IMG/VR virus record: IMGVR_UViG_3300029267_004155
Reading direction: 5' to 3' (one strand)
Length of the DNA: 64,000 nucleotides
From: a virus
Taxonomy: Duplodnaviria > Caudoviricetes
Shown here piece by piece: positions 33,536-43,564 of the stretch (its first letter is position 1; the number at the start of each line of letters is the position of its first letter). Under the pieces are notes generated by a model that was given only the letters and a program-made list of their open reading frames with translations, ran no database searches and was not told the DNA's origin. The translations under genes and the position numbers were made by a program.

Positions 33536-34035
33536 CGAGGCGCAGTCCGACGCTGGGGTTCGGAAGGTATGGCAGCCAGACCTGGGGTTGCGTGCCGGTG
33601 AGCTACCTTCGGTGGATGGTGTCGGTGGGCCACGAGAAGGCCGAGCACGCCAAGGAGGAGCTGGACAGGCGAGGCACGGTGATCCCGGAGGTGGAGGTGT
33701 CGGGCCATGCGATCGACAGGGCCTCGCAGAGGTGTCTGGACGTGTGGCGCGGCGACTTGGCCAACCCGAACGAGGGGTTGCACGCGTGGCTCTCCAGGGT
33801 TGCCAAGGAGGCCCTGGACAGGAACCAGGTCGACGCGAAGGGCCGCTTCTACCACAAGGGCTGCTGGTGGGCGATCGACACGGGCTTGGCGATCCCGGTG
33901 CTCAAGAGCGTCGTGAGGCGGTCGAAGGGCCAGGGCCCGGGCTGCGCCGGCGCCCGGTCGCCGGCGTCCTGCCGGCACGACCGGCGCGAGGGGCATGTGA
34001 CCGAGGCTGATCGACAGACATGGATGAGGTTGTGA
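33532..34035 (+). CDS. protein with N-terminal DUF3820-like (FG.Y...VP..YL.W) domain
   Basis: LGFGRYGSQTWGCVPVSYLRWM. Confidence 0.65.
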   Translation: MTRRSPTLGFGRYGSQTWGCVPVSYLRWMVSVGHEKAEHAKEELDRRGTVIPEVEVSGHAIDRASQRCLDVWRGDLANPNEGLHAWLSRVAKEALDRNQVDAKGRFYHKGCWWAIDTGLAIPVLKSVVRRSKGQGPGCAGARSPASCRHDRREGHVTEADRQTWMRL

Positions 34036-34036
34036 C

Positions 34037-34324
34037 ATGAAGTTCAAGGTGGGCGACAAGGTGAGGCTGCGGAGACCAATGAGGCCGTACTACTCCGGCT
34101 ATTCCGGCAACCCGGACGTGACGGTCGAAGTCGAGCGGGTCGGCGTCGTGGCCTCCGTCGACGTGCCGGCGGTCCATCCGACGAGAGATGGCAGGACGAG
34201 GATGTTCAACTGCGTCGACTTCAGGATTCCCGGGGTCTTCCAGGGGGACCCGCGCCATGGCCATTGCGTCTGGCGCGTCGCGGCTGGGAACGGGGACCTG
34301 TGTCTGGTCCCTGGGGGAGGGTGA
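34037..34324 (+). CDS. hypothetical protein (MKFKVGDKV, SH3/KOW-like)
   Basis: Typical phage N-terminus. Confidence 0.65.
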   Translation: MKFKVGDKVRLRRPMRPYYSGYSGNPDVTVEVERVGVVASVDVPAVHPTRDGRTRMFNCVDFRIPGVFQGDPRHGHCVWRVAAGNGDLCLVPGGG

Positions 34325-34325
34325 C

Positions 34326-34787
34326 ATGCTTGCCATCGTGGAGTTTGGCGATTTCGGGGACGTGAAGAGGAGCAACCGCGTCCTCTTCCGGGATGTGGTT
34401 AACGACGCCGTCGTTGGGCCGTGGGTGATCGACTGGGTGCCCGATGCAGACCCTCCGCTCCGGGAGCACAGCATCACGGGGCTGCGGGAGTGGATGGCCT
34501 GCGTGGGCGACTACGACTCGGAGAAGCTGGAGGGGCCGCTGCTGCCATTCGACGAGCACCTGTGGAACTACGGGCTCCGGATGCAGTTCTGGGTCCCGTC
34601 GCTGGCCGACCTGGAACTGCCGGCGAATGAGGGACGGGTGACTGCGACCTGCCTTGACGCGACTGGCCGGGACTGGCTGGAGGAGGGCAAGGAGTATCTC
34701 GTCCGGGGGATGAGGGACGGCATGGTGACGGTCCTGGTATCCGGGGATGAGCGCGAGTGCATGGCGGATAGGTTTCGGATAGCGTGA
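34326..34787 (+). CDS. hypothetical protein with C-terminal shared beta module
   Basis: GGAGG RBS. Confidence 0.65.
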   Translation: MLAIVEFGDFGDVKRSNRVLFRDVVNDAVVGPWVIDWVPDADPPLREHSITGLREWMACVGDYDSEKLEGPLLPFDEHLWNYGLRMQFWVPSLADLELPANEGRVTATCLDATGRDWLEEGKEYLVRGMRDGMVTVLVSGDERECMADRFRIA

Positions 34788-34824
34788 GTGGAAAACGTCG
34801 CTCGTTTGGCAATATGGGGGTGGA
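34788..34824 (+). promoter_or_regulatory. conserved motif copy 6
   Basis: GTGGAAAA-CGTCGCTCGTTT-GGCAATATGGGGGTGGA. Confidence 0.78.
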
Positions 34825-34842
34825 CGAGCAAGGAGATGGACG

Positions 34843-37800
34843 ATGAGCAAGTGGTGGGACAGTAGCGAGGGCCCGACGGACAAGGGCAACCGCGTGGGGC
34901 GCTGGCCCGGCGGCTGGCTCAGGGGCGAGTGGAAGTGCCCGAGGTGCGGGACGATGATCGGGCGCAACCTTCGCGGGCAGGTGCCGTGGCTCCTGGTGGC
35001 GGAGCACGAGAAGGGGTGCAAGTGAGGACTCGGACGAGGAAGGCAGTGATGATGACGGGCATTTTGTGGCTCGTCGGCGTGGTCTTCTACCTGACGATTG
35101 GGGTGGCAGTGAGTCTGTTCCTGCATCACGTCTTCGGAATAGGTGGCTTGGCCCAGTTCGCGGAGCTCGCCGAGATATACCTTCGATCATGGACGAACTT
35201 CTGCGCGGGGTTCTTGTTCTGTCTGGTGTGGAGGTCCTGGTGAAGAGGCTGACGAAACTTCAGGAGATGGCTGCCGAGGTTCTCTGGCAGGGGACTGGCT
35301 GGGGGCGCTACCATTTCAGCCTCTCCACCTACAAGCTCACCGAGTGCCTCTACGGGGAGGGGCGATCCCAGAGGGACGCTCCCAACCGATGGGACAAGAA
35401 CCCCAGGGGGCGCGCCTTCCTGATGGGCAACGTCCAGCGGAGCATGGCCAGGCGCCCGGACGTGTTCGTGGTCTTCGTGGCGCATGGAAGCGGAAGCACG
35501 ATGGCCTCTCTGACGAAAGAGGCGGTGGCGACGAGGAAGGGGGTTTGACCATGGCGAGGATGCGGATAGTCAGGTTCAGCGAGCTCAACGCGAACGGGAG
35601 CTTTCGCGCCAGGGACTACACGGGTCCGAGCGCTCAGGACGTGGAGCGGCAGGAGGCCGTTGTTCGCGGGCGTGAGGGCAGGCTGGCGGCGGCCAGGCGC
35701 AAGCTGGACGACATCAAGGCCGAGCGGGACCGTTTCGCCGGCATGGCCAGGGAGATTTGACATGGACGCGCAGGAGATCGTGGACAGGTTGGAGGCCGAG
35801 CCGGAGAGGACCATCGGGGAGATGCTGACCGCCGACGAGATCAGGCTGCTCCGGACGACGGTCGGGGTTCCGTGGGTCAGCGTGGCCATGGAGCGTCCGA
35901 GCAACGTCGGGCGGGGCATGGTCCGGACGGACCTCGAGGACGTGAGCCGGGAGCGCATGCGCCTGAAGGTGGCGCGGCTCCGCATGGAGGGATGGAGGGT
36001 GGCATGACGGAGATCAGGTCAGGCATGGTGAGGTGCGTGGACGCCACGGGGCGGCCGGGGCTCCGGGAGGGGTCCTTCTACCAGCTCGTCGAGGTGGGCG
36101 GCAAGCGCGGCGAGTTGATCGTCGTCATGGTCGACGGGAAGGGGGAGGGCTTCATGACGGAGCGGTTCGGGGTTCCGTCCATGGCGCAGCTGCGGGCCGT
36201 CGAGCTTCTCCATGGCGGATACTACCAGACGAGCAACAAGTTCAGGAGCGTGGCGTGCCTTCCGAGGGGCGCCGACCCCGTCGAGCTGCTGGGGAGCGTC
36301 TCCGGCCGGCCGGAGTGGGCCGAGTTGCTCGGGCCGGCGTCGTGCACGGACCAGTATCTCCGGAGATATGGGACGGCCGCGTGCCCGGCGTGGGCGACGC
36401 TCGACCCGCCGGGGGCGAACCCGAGGAAGTTCGCCGTGGTGCCCGACGACGTCTTCAGGGAGTTCAGGAAGATGGGTGGCGGCCCGGTGGCCGGCTTCCT
36501 GAGAGGGGACAAGTGGGTGATGGAGACAACGCCATGACTGACGAGGACAGGGACATCCTGGAGAGGCACGGGTGGACGGTCGAGTGCGAGTCGCCCTGCG
36601 AGGTCTCGCACGAGGACGGATCGTTCGCGAGAGGCAGGCGGCCCGTCGACGCCCTGGTCTGGTTCCTGAAGGACGAGGAGAAGGACGAGAGCGACTACGA
36701 CCGGGGCTATCACGACGGGGAGCAGGGAAATTATGGAGGACGACGATGACGACGACGGTTGGCCAGGTGGAGACGCCCGAGCTTGACAAGATGCTGAAGG
36801 TCAAGGACAGGAGCCGGGCCATCGGCGAGTTCCTGGAGTGGCTCCGGGAGGAGAAGGGCTACTCCGTCATGCGGTGGTCGAAGAGGCGGGACTGGGCCGA
36901 GTTCGACGAGGACGACCCCAAGGGGGACGAGCTGAGCGACTTGGGCGGCGTGCATGTTCGGGAGTCGACGGAGAAGCTGCTGGCCGAGTTCTTCGACATC
37001 GACCTGGGTAGGGTGGAGCAGGAGCGCCGGGCGCTTCTGGAGGCGATAAGGAGTAAAGGATGAGCGAGCATCTGACAAGGATGATTGCCGAGGACGCGAT
37101 TCTCACATTCGCCGAGCCGCATCCGACCGGTGGCGACGCGGTCGTCACCATCACGGCCAGGAAGGCTGTTGCCTTCCAGATGAGGGGGCGCGACTACGAG
37201 TCGGACGAGGCGGCCCTGGACGACTTCATGGTCGTCAACTGGGCGACGGAGGCGCCGGCGAAGAGGCGCTTGGAGAGTTCTGGTGTCTACGTGCCGCCCA
37301 CGCTCTCCCAGGTGGCCGCGGAGTATGTCGAGAAGGAGCCGGAGGAGCCAGAGGAGTCGCATTGCGACCAGTGCGACATGCAGGCTCATTGCCAGGCCGT
37401 GTTCGAGAACGGGAAGACCTGTCCGGTGTTTGGGAAAGGCCTCGTTTACAAGCGCAATGTGAAGGAGTAGGCGACATGACCATGAACCAGGCGATCGTGT
37501 TGTTTGACGTGCGACGTGGCTTCAATAAGAGCCGTCACGCGGGGACGGTGAAGGACGACCTGAGGGTCTTGGAGGAGGCCGGGTTCATCAAGAGGGGGAA
37601 AGCGCTCGGGGTGAGCTTCGAGTGGGTGCTTACTCAGGACGGTGAGAACCTGTGCAAGGACACCTTGGCCGATCTGGACTACGCCTTGAGGGAGGCCCAG
37701 GAATGACTTGGGCGAAACGTATGAAGCTGAGGCTGGCCATCTGGCTCCTGGGGCCGTCGGAGGACCTGGAGAAGCTCGTGGGCGAGACCTATGAGGCGAT

Positions 37801-38274
37801 CTGGCCTAAGCATCACTTCTACAAGGACGCCACGATGGAGATGCTCGGAAAGGCTCTGCATCTGGCGAGGGCGATAGGGGGGCATGCCGGCATCCTTGTC
37901 GCGGTCGGTTTCGGGTGCGCCCTGATGGGGGTGGCGACTGGGAGCTTCAGATGACCAAGCCAGAGATCATGCAGTTCGGGAACGGCTACCGCTGCTACCG
38001 GTTCGTCTTCCACCTGGGTCGCGACTACCGCATTCCCAGATGGAGGGGAGGCGAGAAGACCTGGAGGGTCGTCAGGTTCGTCAAGGTGACCAGGAAGGGC
38101 TTCAACCTCCTGGACCTGGAGACGAGCAAGTGCCTGTTCCCGCGGACCAAGCTGTACGACCGGAAGTGGTCTGGGAAGGACATCCCGCCGGAGCAGAAGC
38201 GGTTCGAGGTCCAGATGCCCGCGTACTTCCCGGTGCCCGAGCCGGTGGCCTCGGAGGAGGAGAAGTCGTCGTGA
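34843..38274 (+). other. run of 12 small coupled orphan ORFs (34843-35025, 35022-35243, 35240-35548, 35551-35760, 35762-36007, 36004-36537, 36534-36749, 36746-37063, 37060-37470, 37476-37706, 37703-37954, 37951-38274)
   Basis: ATGA/GTGA overlaps and RBSs; typical phage early/accessory region. Confidence 0.7.
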
Positions 38275-38277
38275 CGG

Positions 38278-38315
38278 GTGGAAAACCTTGCTTGTTCGGC
38301 AATGTAGGGGTGGAG
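38278..38315 (+). promoter_or_regulatory. conserved motif copy 7
   Basis: GTGGAAAA-CCTTGCTTGTTC-GGCAATGTAGGGGTGGAG. Confidence 0.75.
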
Positions 38316-38336
38316 GCTGAACGAAAGGAGACAGCG

Positions 38337-38558
38337 ATGACGGCACTTGAGGCACTTGAGAGGGCGAGGCAGCTGGCGAGGCGGGACATCCAGCTGCTCG
38401 ACGAGGTGATCGAGAGGAAGCAGGGCGACGGTTCCGTGGAGCCGCGGCACTATGCCGACCTGGCGTGCCTGGTCTCGGAGCGTCGCGGGCTTGTCCGTGG
38501 CATGAGCAGCATAGGCATCGTGGCGGAGGTCGTGAATAGCCAGGAGGGAAAGTCATGA
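38337..38558 (+). CDS. hypothetical protein
   Basis: AAGGAG RBS. Confidence 0.6.
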   Translation: MTALEALERARQLARRDIQLLDEVIERKQGDGSVEPRHYADLACLVSERRGLVRGMSSIGIVAEVVNSQEGKS

Positions 38559-38875
38559 TCGTGAATGGAACGACCTACAACAGCGAGACGCCGCAGAAGG
38601 TGGTCGACGTCCTGGAGCGGGCACGGGCCCGGGGGACGCGGCTGCGCCTGGTGCTGGGCGACGCGGAGACGGGCGAGTCGTGGCATGCCACGCACATGGT
38701 CACGGGGACGGTCGGGCGCTCTATGGGGCCGATGAAGGTCCCGCTGATGATCGCGAGCCCCCGCAGCCTGGGCGGCCCGGCGATCCTCGACCACTGCGTG
38801 ATCGGGGTCCGTCATGCGAACCGGAAGAACGGGGGCTGGCTCTACCGGCATCCGAAGTACAAGGGGAACGAGTGA
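38555..38875 (+). CDS. hypothetical protein
   Basis: Coupled ORF; G.VGRS.G..K.PL...GG.AILD.C pattern. Confidence 0.75.
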   Translation: MIVNGTTYNSETPQKVVDVLERARARGTRLRLVLGDAETGESWHATHMVTGTVGRSMGPMKVPLMIASPRSLGGPAILDHCVIGVRHANRKNGGWLYRHPKYKGNE

Positions 38876-39138
38876 TACAATTCTTTGATAACCGGGCCAA
38901 GGTAGGAACGTCCTTAGTCCGGCGTGTGTCTTCCGGTTTTGGGTGTCGGGACGCGACACCGGATGAAAGGAGGAGGCGATGAAGAGGCTCTTGGAGTTCT
39001 TCAGGTATGTTTTTGGCTTTCCGCGTCTGTGTGACGCGCCGCCGGATGTCAGGGAGCGTGGTCGGCGCCACACCCTGCCAGCTGTCGCGGGCGTCAGCGG
39101 ACGCAGGGAGCCGCAGCCGAAAGAGCGTGAGGTGAAAG

Positions 39139-39741
39139 ATGATTAGGATGCGTTTCGTCTTGTCGTGGGATGGTCGAGAGGCTGTTATTCGTCCATGGTC
39201 GTTCTGGCGCGGGCGCGTCGCCGCCGGGGGTGAGGATTTCAACATCTCGCCAGGGGCCATGATCGTCCTGTCGACCGACGTCAACGCCGAGAGGGAAAAG
39301 GGATGGAAGGGCAAGCTGTCCAGCATCATCAAGACGCTCTACAACCGCATGATGAAGAGCTGGCTGACGAAGGACGTCATGGACCCGATGTTCGAGAAGC
39401 GAGGGATGGACTCTGGATGGTCGATCGGGAACCTGTTCCGTGGTCGGTACTTCGACCAGAAGACGGGCAAGGTGTACAATGAGAAGTCGTTCGCCATTGA
39501 CGTGCGGGGCGTCGAGCTTGACTTCATGGAGGACGTGGCCGGGCAGCTGGGGAAGAAGTTCAAGCAGAGGTCGGTGCTGCTGATCGACAACTCGACCGGT
39601 CGCGGGAAGTTCGTCGAAACCGGCTACGGGGGCAAGGAGGAGAAGAGCGTCAGCGCGGCGTTGGCCGACGAGGACATGTCCGGCGTGGGGATGGCGAGGG
39701 AGCTGCTCGTGCTGGCGCGGGAACTGGTTGGGACGATCTGA
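39139..39741 (+). CDS. hypothetical protein with C-terminal ARELLVLAREL motif
   Basis: GAGG RBS. Confidence 0.75.
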   Translation: MIRMRFVLSWDGREAVIRPWSFWRGRVAAGGEDFNISPGAMIVLSTDVNAEREKGWKGKLSSIIKTLYNRMMKSWLTKDVMDPMFEKRGMDSGWSIGNLFRGRYFDQKTGKVYNEKSFAIDVRGVELDFMEDVAGQLGKKFKQRSVLLIDNSTGRGKFVETGYGGKEEKSVSAALADEDMSGVGMARELLVLARELVGTI

Positions 39742-39767
39742 CGACGGATGCTACAGGAGTTGACGAC

Positions 39768-40292
39768 ATGAGAGAAGGCTACTGGATAAACTATCGGACC
39801 GGGAAGGAGTTCCTGGTAGACGAGCACGAGCGCTGGCTCCGGGAGCCGGACAACGCCAGGAGGCTCGGGCTGTCGAGCAAGGTGGCTGACGCCATTCCCG
39901 GCTTCGAGCCTGTCGAGGACAGGGAGAAGATGATCCTGTTCGTCATGCAGCACGCTCCGGTCATGCGGGTTCGCGGGCATGGGAACTACGCCACCTTCGA
40001 GTACGCGTCCAGGGCCAGGCGCGACCCCATCGAGGCGATCTGGATGTGGGGCCTGCGCAAGGCCGGCGACTACACCGGGATGTACATCGTCAACTTCGCC
40101 ACGGGCGAGAAGACGAGCACCTACTGGAAGGACTTCAAGCAGGCCATGGAGATCGGTGGCGCATCCGAGGTGATGAGGGTGGCGACCTCCGAGCCGGCGC
40201 CTCTCCGGGAGATCGTGGCCAAGGAGCTCCTGGACCTGTCCAGGGAACTGATCGGCGAGCCGTCGGTGCCTCGCTGGGATGTCGTCGAGTAG
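39768..40292 (+). CDS. hypothetical protein with C-terminal AKELLDLSREL motif
   Basis: AGGAG RBS. Confidence 0.75.
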   Translation: MREGYWINYRTGKEFLVDEHERWLREPDNARRLGLSSKVADAIPGFEPVEDREKMILFVMQHAPVMRVRGHGNYATFEYASRARRDPIEAIWMWGLRKAGDYTGMYIVNFATGEKTSTYWKDFKQAMEIGGASEVMRVATSEPAPLREIVAKELLDLSRELIGEPSVPRWDVVE

Positions 40293-40314
40293 GGTTGCCG
40301 ACGAGGGAAGACCA

Positions 40315-40345
40315 GGGCGGGACTTCAGGGTCCCGCTCTTTTTTT
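40315..40345 (+). terminator. intrinsic terminator
   Basis: GGGCGGGAC-TTCAGG-GTCCCGCTC-TTTTTTT. Confidence 0.85.
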
Positions 40346-40354
40346 GCCCTCCGC

Positions 40355-40390
40355 GTGGAAAACCTTGCTTGTTCGGAAATATGGGGGGTG
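40355..40390 (+). promoter_or_regulatory. conserved motif copy 8 (followed by GGCGTATAAT at 40421)
   Basis: GTGGAAAA-CCTTGCTTGTTC-GGAAATATGGGGGGTG. Confidence 0.72.
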
Positions 40391-40442
40391 ACGACGGCAA
40401 GAGTGAAGGAGAATGATGGCGGCGTATAATTAGGAGATTGCC

Positions 40443-42005
40443 ATGAAAGAGACGCTGGAGCAATTCACCGAGCGGATGGGCGCTGTCGAGAAGGAGGAGG
40501 AGTTCTGGGTCAACGAGCGCCGGGGCCACTCTCGGGCGGTTTTCAAGTTCGAGGGTATGTACTGTTGTCTGGAATCCACGGGCTACGTGACACCTCCGAG
40601 CGGGATGTCCCCGGGCGCCAGGCTCTCCCTGATCCTGCGTCACGAGCCCACGGACTACTGGTGGACGGACTTCGAGGAGTTCGGAGAGTCACGCTCCCGG
40701 CGTATCGCCAGGCACTACGGGGGTCGGGCCGAGGAGACTCCGTATGGCGAGGACGGGTGGTACTACTTTCATTTCGACGAGTTCGAGAACCTGTGCAAGC
40801 TGCTCTACGATAGGAAAACTGGGGTGTTCGACGAGATGTGGAAGGAGGCGGTGGCATGAAGAGGAAGCCGGACATCGGGGAGCTGATGGCGATGACGGGC
40901 TGCAAGAGCGGCTCCGTCGTCTCGCGGACGTTTGCGATGATGGAGATCGCGGAGGAGGAGATCGACAAGGCGGAGAGGGCCGATCCGGAGAACGCCGAGG
41001 CCATCCACGACGTCTTCCGGCTCTGCTGTCCGACGGCCGTCCTCCGGGACGCGCCGGACAACTGCTACCGGGCGCACGTCCGGAACATTTGCGAGCGTGC
41101 GGCGAAGGGTGAGGACATGAGGCCGGCGACCGACGGCGAGCTGATGGCGTGTCTCTGCTTCACGAGCATGGGCGCGCCGTTGGACCGCGTTCACTCGCTG
41201 CTCTACTACCGGCTGGCCAAGGCCAACCTTGACTTCGACATGCCGGAGTGGGACGACGGCCTGTGGCAGGAGTCGTGGCCGGGCGAGTGCGACGAGGTCG
41301 AGAAGGACATGCGGAGGCGGCTCCGGGACGACGGGAGGAAGGCGGCGTGAAAGTCAAGGTCGACGGAAAGAACGTGGACGTGTGCCACAAGGACTGCCCG
41401 AGCCAGGAGTGCTTCCATCTCGGGCAGGACAAGGGGACGTTCGTCCAGGGGCGCGGCTACACGTCCTACCACGACAAGCCACGGTGGGTTTGCTGGACGA
41501 GGCATCTTCACGGGTGCCCGGATGGATGGCTCTGTCCCGCGCCTTGCAACACGGTCATGGCGCCTCCGGTCGAGAAGTGCCGGTGGTGCGGGAAGACCCG
41601 GGAGGAGGCTGGGGCATGACCTGGTACGACTGCTTGAGGGAGAGTGGCTGCGCGTGCGCGATGGTGAGGGCGAAGGGCTACTTCTTTCACCAGGGGCGAC
41701 TCTGGGAGGTCGTGGCGGACGCCGGGACGCCGTACCACGTGACGGACGCGCTCAGGAACAGGGACAGGGCCAGGTTCGAGGACTTGGACTGGGGCGACAT
41801 CGAATGGGAGTCCATGAAGGGTGTCAAGACGAAGCCCCGTTCCGAGATCATGAGGTTGGCGGCGCTCGACCGTCAAAGGACGGGGCCGTCCTCGTTGTAC
41901 GACCTGGGGAGGCTGAAGCGGAAGCTGATCGCCGACAGGCGGTACGAGGACGCGGCCATGGTGGTCGCCGTCGAGATGATGGCCGAACAGGAGGGGATGC
42001 TATGA
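40443..42005 (+). other. four coupled orphan ORFs (40443-40859, 40856-41350, 41347-41619, 41616-42005)
   Basis: RBSs and ATGA/GTGA overlaps. Confidence 0.7.
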
Positions 42006-42436
42006 ACTGGGTGCTATTCCTTGCCGCATTGATCCTGGCCGAGAGTGACGGCGACCCGAACGCGGTCGGCGACACGCATCTCCGGAACCGGGCGTACGGC
42101 CTGTGCCAGATCAGGCAGCCGTACCTGGACGACGTCAACCGGATCGCGGGGACGAGCCACTCCATGGCCGACGTCCGGGCGTCCGCGACGCTGTCCCGGT
42201 GGTGCGTGGTGACCTACGTCCGGCACTACGGCGCCAGGTACGAGAGAGAGACCGGGAACGCCTTGGGCATGGAGGTCGCGTACCGCATCCACAACGGCGG
42301 GCCGGACGGTTGGAGAAGGCGGTCGACGGTGCCCGCGCTCATGCGTTTCCTGAGAAGGCGCGACCTCCTGGTGGAAAACTCTGCTTCTTTGGCAATATGG
42401 GGGTGGAGACGAAACCGGACAGGAGGATCGAGATGA
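42002..42436 (+). CDS. lysozyme-like protein (i-type/destabilase or SLT-like)
   Basis: AES.G...AVGD...YGLCQI...Y.D and RIHNGGP.G motifs. Confidence 0.8.
   Translation: MNWVLFLAALILAESDGDPNAVGDTHLRNRAYGLCQIRQPYLDDVNRIAGTSHSMADVRASATLSRWCVVTYVRHYGARYERETGNALGMEVAYRIHNGGPDGWRRRSTVPALMRFLRRRDLLVENSASLAIWGWRRNRTGGSR
42371..42408 (+). promoter_or_regulatory. conserved motif copy 9 (inside the 3' end of the lysozyme ORF)
   Basis: GTGGAAAA-CTCTGCTTCTTT-GGCAATATGGGGGTGGAG. Confidence 0.75.
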
Positions 42437-42633
42437 GTCTGACCGAGAAAGCTTGCGAGATCGGTGGCGAGGCCGTGGCGGCGGCCCGGGAGTCCGGGGC
42501 CCGCCGCGGTCGCGCGGTCAACGTGGACCAGTATGCCATCGGGTGGCTGTCGTCCCGGTGCGCGCGGCTGGAGCGGGAGCTCGCCGCGTCCAGGGCCTAC
42601 GCCCGAGGCTTGGCGAAGGAGGTGTCGGCATGA
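42433..42633 (+). CDS. hypothetical protein
   Basis: AGGAGG RBS. Confidence 0.6.
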   Translation: MSLTEKACEIGGEAVAAARESGARRGRAVNVDQYAIGWLSSRCARLERELAASRAYARGLAKEVSA

Positions 42634-43163
42634 GCGGCAAGACGTGTCATGATTGCGGGGCGAAGCCGGGAGAGATGCACGAGCGGGGATGCGACGTGGA
42701 GAGGTGTCCCCTCTGTGGCGGCCAGGCCATCGGGTGCGATTGCATTTACGAGGAGCTGGCGGAGGAGTACGGCTGGGAGCACAAGCCGATGCTGTATGTG
42801 AGGACCGGCGACCCGGTTCCGGACGGCTATGTCTTGGAGGCGGCGTGCAGGGACGGGAGGTCCGTGTGCTGCTTTCCAAACAATGGACTTCCGGAGGACA
42901 TCTACTGTGGCGGTCCGACCGAGGAGATGCGGGAGAAGTTCGAGGAGATCGTCGAGGCGGCCGGTGGCCGCTTGCCGTGGACGGGAGACTGGCCCGGGGT
43001 TGCGGAATGCGAGAAGTTCGGCTTCTACTGCCACATGACTCCGAAGGGGCGGGTTTCCTGTGACAAGGATCGTTCGGGTGCGAGCCACGACCTGAACCGG
43101 ATTTACAAGGATTGCGTCTGGGACCGGCAGAAGAGAGAGTTCGTTCTCAAGGAGAAGACATGA
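42630..43163 (+). CDS. Cys-rich zinc-binding protein
   Basis: CHDCG..PG..H..GCDVERCP.CGGQ..GCDC. Confidence 0.75.
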   Translation: MSGKTCHDCGAKPGEMHERGCDVERCPLCGGQAIGCDCIYEELAEEYGWEHKPMLYVRTGDPVPDGYVLEAACRDGRSVCCFPNNGLPEDIYCGGPTEEMREKFEEIVEAAGGRLPWTGDWPGVAECEKFGFYCHMTPKGRVSCDKDRSGASHDLNRIYKDCVWDRQKREFVLKEKT

Positions 43164-43564
43164 GGCCGCTCATCATAGACGGGGAAGCCTTGGTCGCCAT
43201 CGCGAAGGTGATCGAGCACGCCGAGGCCAACGTGGTCACGAGGCGCAGGCTCCTGGCGGCCGTCGAGGGTCTGGGGTCTCCTGTTGGCGACGAGGAAGGG
43301 CATGTCTGTTACCTCCGGGACGGCTACCGGGTGGCTTTCTCCGTCGAGGATCAGATCGTCGGTATGGCCCGACACATCTCAGTGTCGGTCCCGGAAGGGA
43401 AGGACTATCCCAATCCAAGGGCGGTCTCCTTCATCATGCAGCAGTTTGGCTTCAGGGAAACGGACTTGACGAGGAAGCTGAGTGGCCTCATCACGGTCTG
43501 GTTGGAGGAAGAGGTGCGAGCTGTCAATGTGGTTGAGCTCATAAGCAAGGAGGCCGGGAAATGA
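43160..43564 (+). CDS. hypothetical protein
   Basis: AAGGAG RBS; RHISVS motif. Confidence 0.7.
   Translation: MRPLIIDGEALVAIAKVIEHAEANVVTRRRLLAAVEGLGSPVGDEEGHVCYLRDGYRVAFSVEDQIVGMARHISVSVPEGKDYPNPRAVSFIMQQFGFRETDLTRKLSGLITVWLEEEVRAVNVVELISKEAGK

Noticed and set aside
11502-42408. CRISPR array from the repeated motif
   Set aside because: Copies are dispersed over 30 kb upstream of genes, not regularly spaced, and no cas genes are visible
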